Part shown: positions 28,559 through 48,035 of the stretch, one piece after another
Position numbering within the stretch: position 1 is the stretch's first letter
Layout of the letters: each line of letters opens with the position of its first letter
Assembly: GCA_002269645.1 (NCBI GenBank)
Contig: NIVC01000617.1
Span: forward strand, 372,001-436,000
Source: Macrostomum lignano
Lineage: Eukaryota
DNA length: 64,000 nt
Reading direction: 5' to 3'
Position numbers and translations under genes: made by a program
Notes under the pieces: generated by a model
Databases searched by the model: none
The model's input: the letters and a program-made list of their open reading frames with translations, nothing else
What the model was told of the DNA's origin: nothing

Positions 28559-30119
28559 GTATGAAAGGCTTGAAATGTACTTTAAATTTAGTACGACTTG
28601 AATTTTATTTTATTATAGTTAACGACATACTGGTCGTTTAATGTCGAAATTTTCTCAGCGATTCTTACACCTTGAAAATGAATAATCTGCTGCTATAAAA
28701 CTGAACTTAAAAAAAGTACCCCTGCAGCCACTTGATTTTCACTTTGCCTTTCCAACATAAACTCACCTACATGAACCTGTAGTAATTATAGCGTTTGATG
28801 CGATCAAATTATCGTAATAGTGATGTACATTTGTAATTCCGGGAAACATGTATTCTTGATTTTTTATGCATGCGTGTTTTGTTAAAATGTGCAAAAAGAT
28901 ATCGCCTCTCGCGTACATTCTGGAAACTTTTTACTCAGCTCTCCCTATACCCAGAATATATAGACATTAATGTTGTAGAAACTTGTGCACATCCAAAATT
29001 TTATAAACAAAAGCACATAAAATTTAACATTACACAATTAGCTATACTCTTTTTACTACTATATACTGCTGCCGGGCACTTTTTATCCGACTGTGCTACA
29101 ATAAATAATTTTGAATCGCTGTTCTCGGGTTAATTATTAATATTAACAATATATAAATTTGTTATGACTAATAATATACTATATGTTTTAAATATGCGTA
29201 TAATACCACACATATTACATCATAAAATAAATAAAATAATTTATTTTTAATATTATAACGATTTGCTACGCAAAATTAAAAAATAAATCAACTCTGTAAA
29301 TCAAGTAAGATAAAATAAGATAAAATACGGTTTCAGGGGCTAGGTGTTTTTTCGAATGTCCCTTTCATTCGTTCAATTTTATTTCAAATGCTGCGCTAAA
29401 ATGCCGAAGATTTGCAAGCTTCATTTGTCTTCTAATAGTAAATATTGTTTTATTAAGTGAGAGGCATTCTAATTAACATAATTTACAAAAAATTGAAAAA
29501 CTAGCTATGAATCTGCTTTTTCGTGTAGTTAGAAGTTTCTACGTGGAAGAAAATGTCGTGAATAATGTCAGTTAAACAAAATATTAATAAATTCGGCTTT
29601 AGTCTTAATGCTAAGTTTGTATAGATGTTAAATTGTTAAATGTAAATGTAAGTTGTATTTTGATGTTTTAATAAATATGGCTCCAGTTCTAATGTTAAAC
29701 GCGAACTTAAAAATAACTTTCTAAGCTTTCTAAAATGTAAATACGAGCATAAAAATGTTAAAATTCTACAATGCCTTATAATATACATGGGGCGTAATTG
29801 ACATTCAGACGATGCATGTATTGAAGATGCCGCATCTGCATATTTTCACACAAGGCAACACTGCAAAAAAACCACGACAATTATAATGGATGGGCAAACA
29901 CACCTACATGTAGAATCAGACCCATTTATTTTTAAATACTGTAGTAACTATAGGAGGACCATGAGCTATGTTGTCCAACTTGTCCGTGTGGAGAGGCCGA
30001 ACAAGCGCGCCTATGATATTAACGTGTGTGCATGCAAAATAGCTATTTAGGACGAGTATAAATTTGTTTTATTTTCACCAGGAGATACTCCAAAATTTCT
30101 CAATGTTAGTATGTAACTC

Positions 30120-30312
30120 TCGACCCACAGCGGCCCTAACTTTATTTATCGCTAGGCATGTACACTTCACTGTGCCTCATGGGGGTTGGCCAAGAGACAA
30201 GCCGAGATAGCAATTTAGCCACAAAAATTAGTGACTGCACTTGGAATCGAGCCTAAGGCCGCTGGCACATCAGAGCGCCGCGCCAGACCACGATCACTAG
30301 GCTATACGGCCC
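30120..30312 (-). mobile_element. SINE family A copy with tRNA-like head
   Basis: Reverse complement reads gggccgtatagcctagtgatcgtgg...ggctcgattccaagtgcagtcac, matching the head at 19977. Confidence 0.7.
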
Positions 30313-30800
30313 ACTGGATCTGCCATTTTAAGCTTGCTTGCTTAAGCTTTTTGAGCAATGCTTTTGAGCAATGCAGTAATAAAATCGCTTATGAAAGTTA
30401 ACACGAGATTTAATCATTTTATTCAGTTAGAAAAACTCAAAGCATTAATTGTAATTAGTTTTAAAGAATCAGCTATAAAAATTGGCATAATCGCTTGTAT
30501 TCTGTTTCACTTTGGCACATTTATACAGATTTGTATTATCACAGAAATATAAGAATCTGTAGCTGATTAATAATCTAAGTGTAAGTGTAATCTAAACGCA
30601 TTTGAAGGCTGTATTTGGAGTGAGTACTTTACTTGGGTACCCCCTACTAAGCCCAAGTTCTCACTCGCGGGGGGGGAGGGGGGGGGGCGCTGACCCCCCC
30701 CCCTCTTGACCTTCGGTGGATGGCTTATATTGTCCCCCATTGCAGTTAGCTCTGTACGATGCCATCCATTTACTAGCCGCACAAAAGCCAAGCCTCAGCT

Positions 30801-32907
30801 TCATTCTGATTCATCATCCCCAGCAGCCAAAAGCCGCATCGCATCCTCTGGAGACACATTTCTTCCCGTGAGCACAACGCACAGATCCCCCACTGGAGGC
30901 TCCTCCAGCCGGTCAAATAGCAGGGCCGCTAGTCCAGCGCACGCGCTCGGCTCCACAATCAGGCCGAGGTTGCGCGCCAGCCGGCGCTGACAGGCGCCAA
31001 TTTCTGCGTCGTTAACTAGCAGCGAGCGAGCGCCGAAATGGCGCAAATGTCGGTAGGCGTTGGCGCCAGCGTAGGGTGGCGCCAGGCCGCCAGCTATGGA
31101 TCGCGCCTGCGGCATCGAGGCTGGCCGATCCTGGATGAGAGGTCGGGTTCCATTGTGCACTGACACAGGCTGCTCACACTCTGGACCCAGACTACTCACA
31201 CACTTGACCCAGGCTGCTCACACACTGATGACACAGGCTGCTCACACTCTGGACCCAGACTACTCACAACCTTGACCCAGACTACTCACAACCTTGACCC
31301 AGACAACTCACAACCTTGACCCAGACTACTCACAACCTTGACCCAGACTACTCACAACCTTGACCCAGACTACTCACAACCTTGACCCAGACTACTCACA
31401 ACCTTGACCCAGACTACTCACAACCTTGACCCAGACTACTCACACTCTGGACCCAGACTATTCACAACCTTGACCCAGATTACTCACAACCTTGACCCAG
31501 ACTACTCACACATTTGACCCAGACTGCTCATACCCTTGACCCAGAATGCTCACACACCCTTGACTCAGACTGCTCACACACCCTTAACCAAGACTGCTCA
31601 CACACCCTTAACCAAGACTGCTCACACACCCTTGACCCAGACTGCTCACACACCCTTAACCAAGACTGCTCACACACCCTTAACCAAGACTGCTCACACA
31701 CCCTTAACCAAGACTGCTCATACACCCTTGACTCAGACTGCTCACACACCCTTAACCAAGACTGCTCACACACCCTTGACCCAGACTGCTCACACACCCT
31801 TAACCAAGACTGCTCACACACCCTTAACCAAGACTGCTCACACACCCTTAACCAAGACTGCTCACACACTTGACCCAGACTGCACACACTTTTGACCCAG
31901 ACTGCTCACACCCTTGACTCAAACTGTTTATACCGTGACCCAGAGTGCTCAAAACCTTAACACAGATTACTTACACCCACCTCAACCTCCATGTTACCCA
32001 CCCCAACCTCCATCTCACCCACCCCAGCCTCCATGTCACCCACCCCAACCTCCATCTCACCCACCCCAGCCTCCATGTCAGCCACCCCAACCTCCATCTC
32101 ACCCACCCCAGCCTCCATGTCAGCCACCCCAACCTCCATATTACCCACCCCAACCTCAATGTCACCCACCCCAACCTCCATATCACCCATCCCAAGCTTC
32201 ATGTCGTCTACCACCCCATTCCCCAACCTGTTCAAAGCTCAGCCGCATAGTACAAGCTGTTTCAGGCTCCACAGCGTACACGACAGGAGATCGCGGTTCT
32301 TCATCAGCCGAGCGGGCATCTTCATCCAGCCGAGATTTCGAGGACAAAGCTAAGGCGGCCGCAACCCCAGCTGAGAGGCCGCCGCCACCGCAGCCAAGTA
32401 GAACAGTGTCAACCTTCAACGAATTCATTTTAATTGATTTAAAAACAGGAGTAATTTGCGCTCACTGCCATTTTCAGTAGACAGAAAAGACATGCTAAAC
32501 TGCATATATAGACTTCTAAGCAATTATTATCTAATCCGTACCTGAGGCAGCTGTTCCAGCAGTTCGAGACCCAAACTGGCGTGTCCGGCAATCAGTGGCT
32601 GATCATCGAACGGGTGCAGGAACTGGTAGCCTTCATTGGCCACCTTGGCGTCAACGCGGGACTGCAGCTCGGAACTGGGGCAGGTCTCCACTAGGACGCC
32701 TTGGCTCTGGTAGGGAGATAGATATAATAATAATTCCAGTCTGCCTCCTGAGCACGAATACTCAAAAGCGCACCAATACTGCACTGTGCAGGGTGTTCTG
32801 CGGGCCTTACTTTCTAATCGTCAGGCATGTGCACTCTCTGTGCCTTGGGGGCTGGCCCTCCTGGGCTGTGAATTGCTGACAGAAAGACACTAAAACAGAC
32901 AGACAAA

Positions 32908-32966
<59 letters not shown>

Positions 32967-32989
32967 CACAGACAGAAAGAGAGACGCTA

Positions 32990-33022
<33 letters not shown>

Positions 33023-33069
33023 CACAGACAGACAGACAGACACACAGACAGACAGACAGACAGACAGAC

Positions 33070-33104
<35 letters not shown>

Positions 33105-33538
33105 CAGACAGACAGACAGACACACAGACAGACAGACAGACACAGCAGGCTCACCCGGATGTGGTCAACCCGGTGCCGCGGAGCAGAGTCGGGCATCAGC
33201 ACCAGGCCGTGAAGGCGCCGAGCTCGGCAGACGGCAGCAAAGGAGCGGCCGTAGTTGCCAGCCGACATTGTCACCAGCTTGGGGCCGCTGCCGGCGCCAG
33301 TCAACCCCGCTAGCTGGACGGCCAGACCCCGCGGTTTAAACGAGCCGGTCAGCTGGGCGCACTCCAGTTTCAGGTGCAAACGGTAGTCAGCATCGGCGGG
33401 CAGGCCAAGCAGTTGCGGATCAACGTCAGTTAAAATTGGGGTACGACGGATTAAACCGGAGCTTTGAACTGTTGCGTAGGCGTCTGACAGGTCATTTAAG
33501 GTCAATAGTGGAGCATCTGGGTTGTAGGCGGCAGCCAT
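30801..33538 (-). CDS. PLP-dependent serine/threonine dehydratase or serine racemase-like enzyme, 4 exons, about 354 aa
   Basis: Exons complement(33155-33538, 32542-32706, 32228-32413, 30801-31130), all phase 0. Motifs: [16 protein letters not shown] (PLP lysine), [25 protein letters not shown]. Confidence 0.92.
31165..32200. repeat. Two adjacent minisatellites (22-24 bp and 21 bp) filling the last intron of the dehydratase gene
   Basis: (cttgacccagactactcacaac)n at about 31165-31935 and (cacccaccccaacctccatgt)n at about 31975-32200. Confidence 0.9.
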
Positions 33539-33699
33539 AATTCATTGATTTTTCTGTTGCCTGATAATGGTCGCCTTCTTAACTAGAAAATTCAAAATCA
33601 ATACATTTTGCATGCCGTCCAAGCGGTGCCGGTGTACTTTAAAAGTACTTTGTGGCTACATGTTGATTGTGGGGATATTCTTCTTGTTGTTTTATGGTG

Positions 33700-34030
33700 A
33701 TTTCTGTAGTGGTTTGAGGGCGATTTCTGTTGTGGTTTGAGGGCGATTTCTGTTGTGGTTTAAGGGCGATTTCTGTTGTGGTTTGAGGGTGATTTCTGTT
33801 GTGGTTTAAGGGCGATTTCTGTTGTGGTTTGAGGGCGATTTCTGTTGTGGTTTGAGGGCGATTCCTGTTGTGGTTTGAGGGCGATTTCTGTTGTGGTTTG
33901 AGGGCGATTTCTGTTGTGGTTTGAGGGCGATTTCTGTTGTGGTTTGAGGGCGATTTCTGTTGTGGTTTGAGGGCGATTTCTGTTGTGGTTTGAGGGCGAT
34001 TTCTGTTGTGGTTTGAGGGCGATTTCTATT
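33700..34030. repeat. 23-bp minisatellite
   Basis: (gatttctgttgtggtttgagggc)n, about 14 units. Confidence 0.95.
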
Positions 34031-34554
34031 GTGTTCGTTTTTAAGTTTTCATGTAATTAGAAGTCGAATTTCAACTAAATATAAGAAAAGTTTGAGCTGC
34101 AATGTTAATAATTTTATCAATATTCAAGTGAATATATTAGTAAAATATATTTATATACTGCTATAGTATTATATATAGCATTTTTATTAAGAACATTGAT
34201 GCTTAAAGCAGATAAGTTTCGTGCAGATGCTTAATTTTAATTGTAGATCTTGTATTTAAGGTTAATTAAAAGACATGGCTTCAAAAACATGAAATTACAT
34301 AAATACAGCTATCTAGACTGTTTCGAATGAAATATTGAATATTCTGTGTGAATTTTTAATGACTGTAGATAGATGAATTGACCGCTGAAATAGCTGCGAC
34401 AACAAAAAAGTGTCTAATATCTACTTTACTACTTACTAGCGTATCGTTTAAGTAGATAATATACGTCCGAAAAAAAGGAAAAAAACTAAAAAAAAATCTA
34501 CCAAGATTCCAAACTGTCAAGGTACTCAGGTGTCTGGATACATAGATACATAGA

Positions 34555-34815
34555 TTTCTAGATACCCAGGTGGCTAGATACCCAGGTGGCTAGATACCCA
34601 GGCGCCTAGATACCTGGACGTCTAGATACCCAGGTGCCTAGATACCCAGGCGGCTAGATACCCAGGTGCCTAGATACCCAGGTGCCTAGATACCCAGGTG
34701 CCTAGATACCCAGGTGCCTAGATACCCAGGTGCCTAGATACCCAGGTGCCTAGATACATGTACCTGGATGTCTAGATACCTAGGTACCTAGATACCCAGG
34801 TGGCTAGATACCTGA
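34555..34815. repeat. 16-bp minisatellite
   Basis: (ctagatacccaggtgc)n. Confidence 0.9.
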
Positions 34816-35040
34816 ATGTGTCTATAAGAGTAATAAAAAGCTTGTAAGTAATAGCAAGTGATACAATTGTCATTTCATCGCTAATCAAGTTAAAAAACGA
34901 ATTTTGCATAAATTGAGTGAAGTTTTCACCGTGAGATTGATTGTCCGTCCGACGGTGGGAATAACCAACCTTTGTCCTTGATCGTTATAAATAAAATATA
35001 CTAAATAAAGTGCAGCCTGAGTGCAAAATGGAATTGGCTT

Positions 35041-42436
<7,396 letters not shown>

Positions 42437-43267
42437 TGCAGGCTGGAGAAATTCAATGAGATAATAAGCTGTTTATAGGCGATTCTATGTGCGATTTTTA
42501 ATAAGGCGAATCTATGGGGCGATGCTATGGGCGATTTTATGGGCTATTTTTAAAAGGCGAGTCTATGGGGCGATTCTATGGGGCGATTCTATGGGCGATT
42601 TTAAAGTACGGCGATTCTATGGGCGATGTTTAAAAAAGGGCGATTCTATTTCTATGGGTGATGTTTAAAAAGGGCGATTCTATGGGCGATTTTTGAAAAG
42701 GCAATTTAATAGGGCGATTTTAATTAAAACGATTCTATGGGGCGATTTTCAAAAAGGCAATTCTATGGGCGATCTTTAAAAAGGCGATTTTATAAACAAT
42801 GTTAAAATAAGGCGATTCTATGTTGCGATTTTTAAAATAAGGTGATTTTATGGGACGATTTTATGGCGATTTTTTAAAAGGCAAGTCCATGGGCCAATGT
42901 TAAAAAGGCGATTTTATGAGGTGATTTTTAAAGAACGATTTAAAAAAGGCGATTTATTAACGATTAATTCGATTTTAAACCAATTCTTATTCAACCCTAG
43001 TGGATAGTAAAAAAAAGAAAATTTAAAGAAGCAAATTAGCTTTATTATAATATCAAGAAAGTTAACAGTTAAAAAAACTTTTCTTAGTTTACTTAAACAA
43101 AATACATTCAAATTAGAGGATACCAGTACCGAAATTGGCATTAAATGCACAAAAACTCATAAAATAATTCAAATTTAATGTGATACTATTCAGTATGTAT
43201 AAAACTTGTTCTAAAATAACGCTAATTTTCTTTACTAATCTACTAGCAGTAGTCTAAATAGAATAAT

Positions 43268-44490
43268 CTAGCTGTCCCGATTTCGTCGACTCCACCAGGC
43301 TTTTAATCGACCAATCAGAGACGAGAGAAACGATGCTCGATTACTATTGGCTGGCGGGCGCCACAGACCCAAACGACGTCTTTTGGCTTCATTCTCGGCC
43401 ACTTCCAGTCTACCCAACAGGGCCTTCCAATGCTGACTGCTGCTGTTCTCTATCTCAGAATATTCAGCATCGAGATGGCAACGCTGAGCTAAGCCGCTAG
43501 CAACCAGCTGTTCAGCGATGCACCGATAACTCAACGGATGCCAAGAAATCAATCGCCATTGAAAAATCGCGCACAGACCAACTGTATCGTTGCTAACCAA
43601 CTGTAACACTCGAACTCGAACTATTCGATTAGTGAGTCGATTTTGCAACCAATTTAAACCCTCAGGCGTCAGCTTGTTCAAGCCGGCTAGTCTGAGTTTC
43701 AACAAGTCTGAAGAACTGTCCTGCTTGCGATTGCGTAACAATATAGGCAGATTAAACAGTACAGGCTCGTGCCTAGCAACTAACTCAACCGGCACTGGAT
43801 CTGTTGAACAGTCACAGCGTTGGACTCGGACACGGAATGCCCATTGGCCGGAGCGAACCTCGGTTGGCAGGCTGGCAAGGCTGCGCCATTTGACTAGCCA
43901 GTACCGACGCCTGGCTAGCGTGAGCAAGCCGATGAAGCCCAGTCCAGCTGGCACTTTCTGTGCAACACAGAATTTGGTGAGCATTTGAAGGTGAGTTGCA
44001 GATTTCTTTCTTTTTATCTACCTAATTTACGTTTATTAGATTCCAATTTAGCCTCCGAATTTATGTGACTCCACTTGGAATCGAACCTGGGCTCATTGTT
44101 GTGGATGACGGACTTATGACCGAAAGGTCAGGAGTTCGAGTCTCGACCCACTCGGAACAATTTGTGTCCTTGAACAAGACACTTAACTCTGCATTGCTTC
44201 AGTTCACCCAGCTAGGGTAACTGAGGGTGTGTGGGGCAACCCCCAGGTCCTTGGACTGAACAGCCATATTTTTAATATCTAGAGGTTAGATTATAATCCC
44301 TGATCCACTATACTATAAATGAGTTGTTTATATCTAGGTATTTATATTTATAATACTAGAATAGTTACTGAATAGTATTAAATACATTTTTAATTCCTGG
44401 CTAGTTTAAAAACATTTTTTCTCAACTTACAGAAATCCATGAAATATTGTTGTCAATGGTAGTATAGATATCATCCATCCAAGAACGCAT
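43268..44490 (-). CDS. C3orf33: C3orf33-like protein (staphylococcal-nuclease-like OB fold), about 249 aa
   Basis: Exons complement(44431-44490, 43268-43957). Motifs RHEPVL, LKLRLAG, WLQNRL, AEQLVASGLA and EVAENEAKRRRLGLW follow the remembered family pattern. The start could lie further upstream. Confidence 0.75.
44115..44265 (+). mobile_element. SINE family B copy
   Basis: ggagttcgagtc B-box, gtgtccttgaacaagacacttaac and gtccttggactgaacagc are shared with 27720-28030. Confidence 0.6.
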
Positions 44491-46194
44491 GATAGATAAT
44501 GCCCTGAATAAATTAGATGCTGATATCTGAAAATACAAAAATGCAAAAGCAATATCTAATTAGAAAACTATATTGTAAAAGTGTTTCACTTATAATTATT
44601 ATTAAGACTAGGTATTTATTTCAACTTTTTATAATCAGGTAGGTCAGTCTTATGGACAATAAATTTTATGCCACACTTAGAGACACCACAGCTATGTCTA
44701 TAACCCAAAAACTTATAGAAATAGTAGCTATGTCTCTAATACTAATTAGGTCCACACTAATAGATATAGCCATGCCACCATGTCTACAATATTAGAGCTT
44801 ATAGACATCGCAGCCATATCTATACAATTTAGAATGCATCTCACACTGGAGATAGTGGCCATGTTAATGAAGTCTACATAGCACTATTGAAAGAGTTCAC
44901 TCTTAGACATAGAAGGTAGCCATGTCCATAATGTAAATCTATTTTGACACTAAAGAAGGTAATGGTCATATTTAAAGCAATGGTACCATGTGTACTCACA
45001 TAGTGTAGATGCCTATAAGCTTCAAAATTATAGACACAGCTACCATTTCTATAAGCATTCAATATATTTATCACAGAAAAAGTAAAATTCATATTTGAAG
45101 ATCAAAACTTGAAAATCTAAGCCTATTATATTCTTTTTAATGAAAATTAAGTAAATACTATTTAAGAAAAGCCAGACTTTTATATAAAAGTTTTTAATAT
45201 AATAAGAAAAATTCTTGATTAAAGCCAAAACTCAAAGGCAATGCTTATTCCAATGATGGTCCTACAATGCAAGAAGCAATTGGCTTTTCAAAAAAAAGGT
45301 ATTTTATTATAAAAATCTTAGAAAAAGGGCTTTTTATTGTTAAAATTGTAAAAAAAGGTTTTTTATTGTCACATAATAAAAAACGTGCATGTTTTAGAAT
45401 AAGATAACTTGTGCAAAAATTGCCTTGCAATGATTTTATCCTAGCCTAGGGCCTTAGAAAACTATAGGTCCCTAGCCTATAAGTCCTTATAAAGTTTTTA
45501 TAGTAATTTTTGCACTTTTATAGCCATATTTTCATTATAGATTATGGCTACAATCTTTTTTTAGCTTATGGCTATAGTTATAGATTATGGCAAATTTCCT
45601 AACTGCCATAATGGTTATCTATAATGTCAATTAAAAATGTTTGCATTAAGTATAAAATCAAATAATAAAATAACAGATTGACTAGTAAGCCTACACATAA
45701 TAAACTATATTTAGTGTTTATTAATCTTTGAAATAAAAATTTGTTAAATATACATAAAGAACTAACACTTTCTATGAAATTTCAAAAAAAAACATTCTAT
45801 TTGCTTATCTAGTTGTCTTGCTTGTTTTTGCTTCATTTGCACTTTAATTACTATGCTAATGCTAGCCTAATCTAATCTGTTCTCTATAGTTTGGAAAACA
45901 ATATGTATGCTAGGATTTCCCAGCATATAACAAGGTACTTGCCATTTTTTGGCAAATATCAGCTTTTATCCTAGCATATATAACATAGTAAAAACATTGT
46001 GTCAAAGACAAACTTTTGTATTAACATAAAAACCTGGCATACAAACGAGGTCTTGTCATTTTTTCTAACATAAAACCCAGTATATACTAATATACAATCT
46101 AAACTATAGTCTATTCTGTCTTGGTTTTATATATATATATTGTAATTTTCTATATAAAATAGCCATTTTTGACATTTTTGTTATATACTATAGC

Positions 46195-48035
46195 GGCATA
46201 CCTTCGGTTTACGATCATTTTTCCACCTGTATTTTGGTTCACAATCCCCATGTATTTTTCTATTTCAGTGATCATGGCCTGCTCAAAAGAAGCAAAAATT
46301 GAGAAACCAAGATTATTTGTTTCACTGGAAAAACTGAACGGAATAGCCGACCTAGTTTCTCCCATGGCATGGCGATTCATTGACAAAGTAAATTGGATTA
46401 CACTACTTCAAGCCGAAGGTCTTCTAGCTGAATCAATGTCGTGTCCAACATGCGGTAGCACAATGAAAATGACGCCTGCGCACAACACTGCAGACGGCCT
46501 TGTTTTTCAGTGAAAAACCAACAATACATCTCCATTTGGTGCCCATGAAAAACGGGTATCCATCCGGAAATTCTCCTTCTTCGAAGGATCAAAATTGAAT
46601 CCAATGGACATCGTAGGCTTCATCATACATTATCTGCTCGGTGTGTCGCAAAAGTGAGTAAAACCTATATATCCACTTCGGTTTATGATCATTTAAATGG
46701 CAGAAATACATGTAAATGATCGTGAACCGAAGGTAGGGGGTTTCAGTGTAAGTAGTATAGCAGTAAACCGAAATTGATCACTATCGGGATACACACTACC
46801 TTTGGTTTACAATCATTTACATACAGATTCTATATTCATATGATCGTAAACTGAAGCTGAGGGGGGGGGTAGTGGAGATGTAATAGTATTACTAATTTAT
46901 TTGTTTTCATCCACAGATCTCTGCAGATGATGTACGGAGTCGAGTCGGTCACACTGTCGAAATCGACGAAAGTCTCTTTGGACGCAAAATGAAGTACAAC
47001 AAAGGTGCTCAAAAAGGCTGTCAGATATGGGTCTTCGGAATGGTTGACCGCGATGACGGACGCTGCATCATTTGGCCTGTAGCTGACAGATTGGCCGAAA
47101 CACTTCTACCGCTCATTCAAAAGTTTGTGAAGCCCGGAACGGCAATTTACAGTGACGGATGGGCAGCTTACTTGAAAGTGGAAGAGATGGGTTACACCCA
47201 TTGGACTGTGTCACACAAGGACACTTTTAAGGTGACGATAATTCGTAATTCTGAGAAGCGTGAGGTGCACACTAACCGTATTGAAGGTTTCTGCCTTTCT
47301 GGGGCAATAGCAAAGCGAAATTCAAGTCAATGTGAGGAACATTAGCTGTCCATTTTGCTTTGCATCTCGTCGAGCAGATGTATCGAACTCACCATAGCAA
47401 AGAGCCATGCAAACTTGTGAAGCAGTTCTGGAACGACCTGAAGGCAGTCTATTCGTGCGCGGCGCCGGCAGCAGTTTCTGACAGTTGTCTGTTTGACTTT
47501 GACCTATCGGCGATTGAACTGGCTTGAAATAACGAATTAACGTGCGCTCTGAACTAACTTTGCCGCTTACTCCCCCCTACCTTCGGTTCACAATCATTTA
47601 CATGTATTTCTGCCATTTAAATGATCGTAAACCAAAGTGGATATATAGGATCGTCTTCATGGAACAGTTCTGAGACGTGAAATGGTACACTAAAACCCCC
47701 TACCTTCGGTTCACGATCATTTACATGTATTTCTGCCATTTAAATGATTGTAAACCAAAGTGGATATATAGGATCCTCTGCATGGAACAGTTCTGAAACG
47801 AGTTCTGTAACGAGCAACTCTTTCAATTTGATGAATGTATGCGAATGAACAGATCTCTTTGCATCGTTTCATTCTGGTTGGCATTCGATTGTTTGACGAC
47901 AGAAAAATAAAAAGGCTTGGAGTGATTTTCAGTGCTGGTTTAAAATATGATTAAAAAACACAAATTTCTTACTCTTGCATATCTTTCTTATGGGGATCGT
48001 CACCAATTTCAGGGATCGTAAACCGAAGGAATGCC
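46195..48035 (+). mobile_element. Merlin (IS1595/IS1016-like) DNA transposon, decayed
   Basis: 22-bp TIRs ggcataccttcggtttacgatc / gatcgtaaaccgaaggaatgcc (1 mismatch). 8-bp TSD actatagc / actacagc. Confidence 0.9.
46274..47345 (+). pseudogene. Merlin DDE transposase pseudogene
   Basis: CPTCG zinc-ribbon and SIRKFSFFEGSKL, followed by VEIDES, KYNKG, WVFG, IYSDGWAAY and HTNRIE. There is a TGA at 46511, a putative intron at 46654-46916, a frameshift near 46945 and a truncated C-terminus. Confidence 0.85.
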
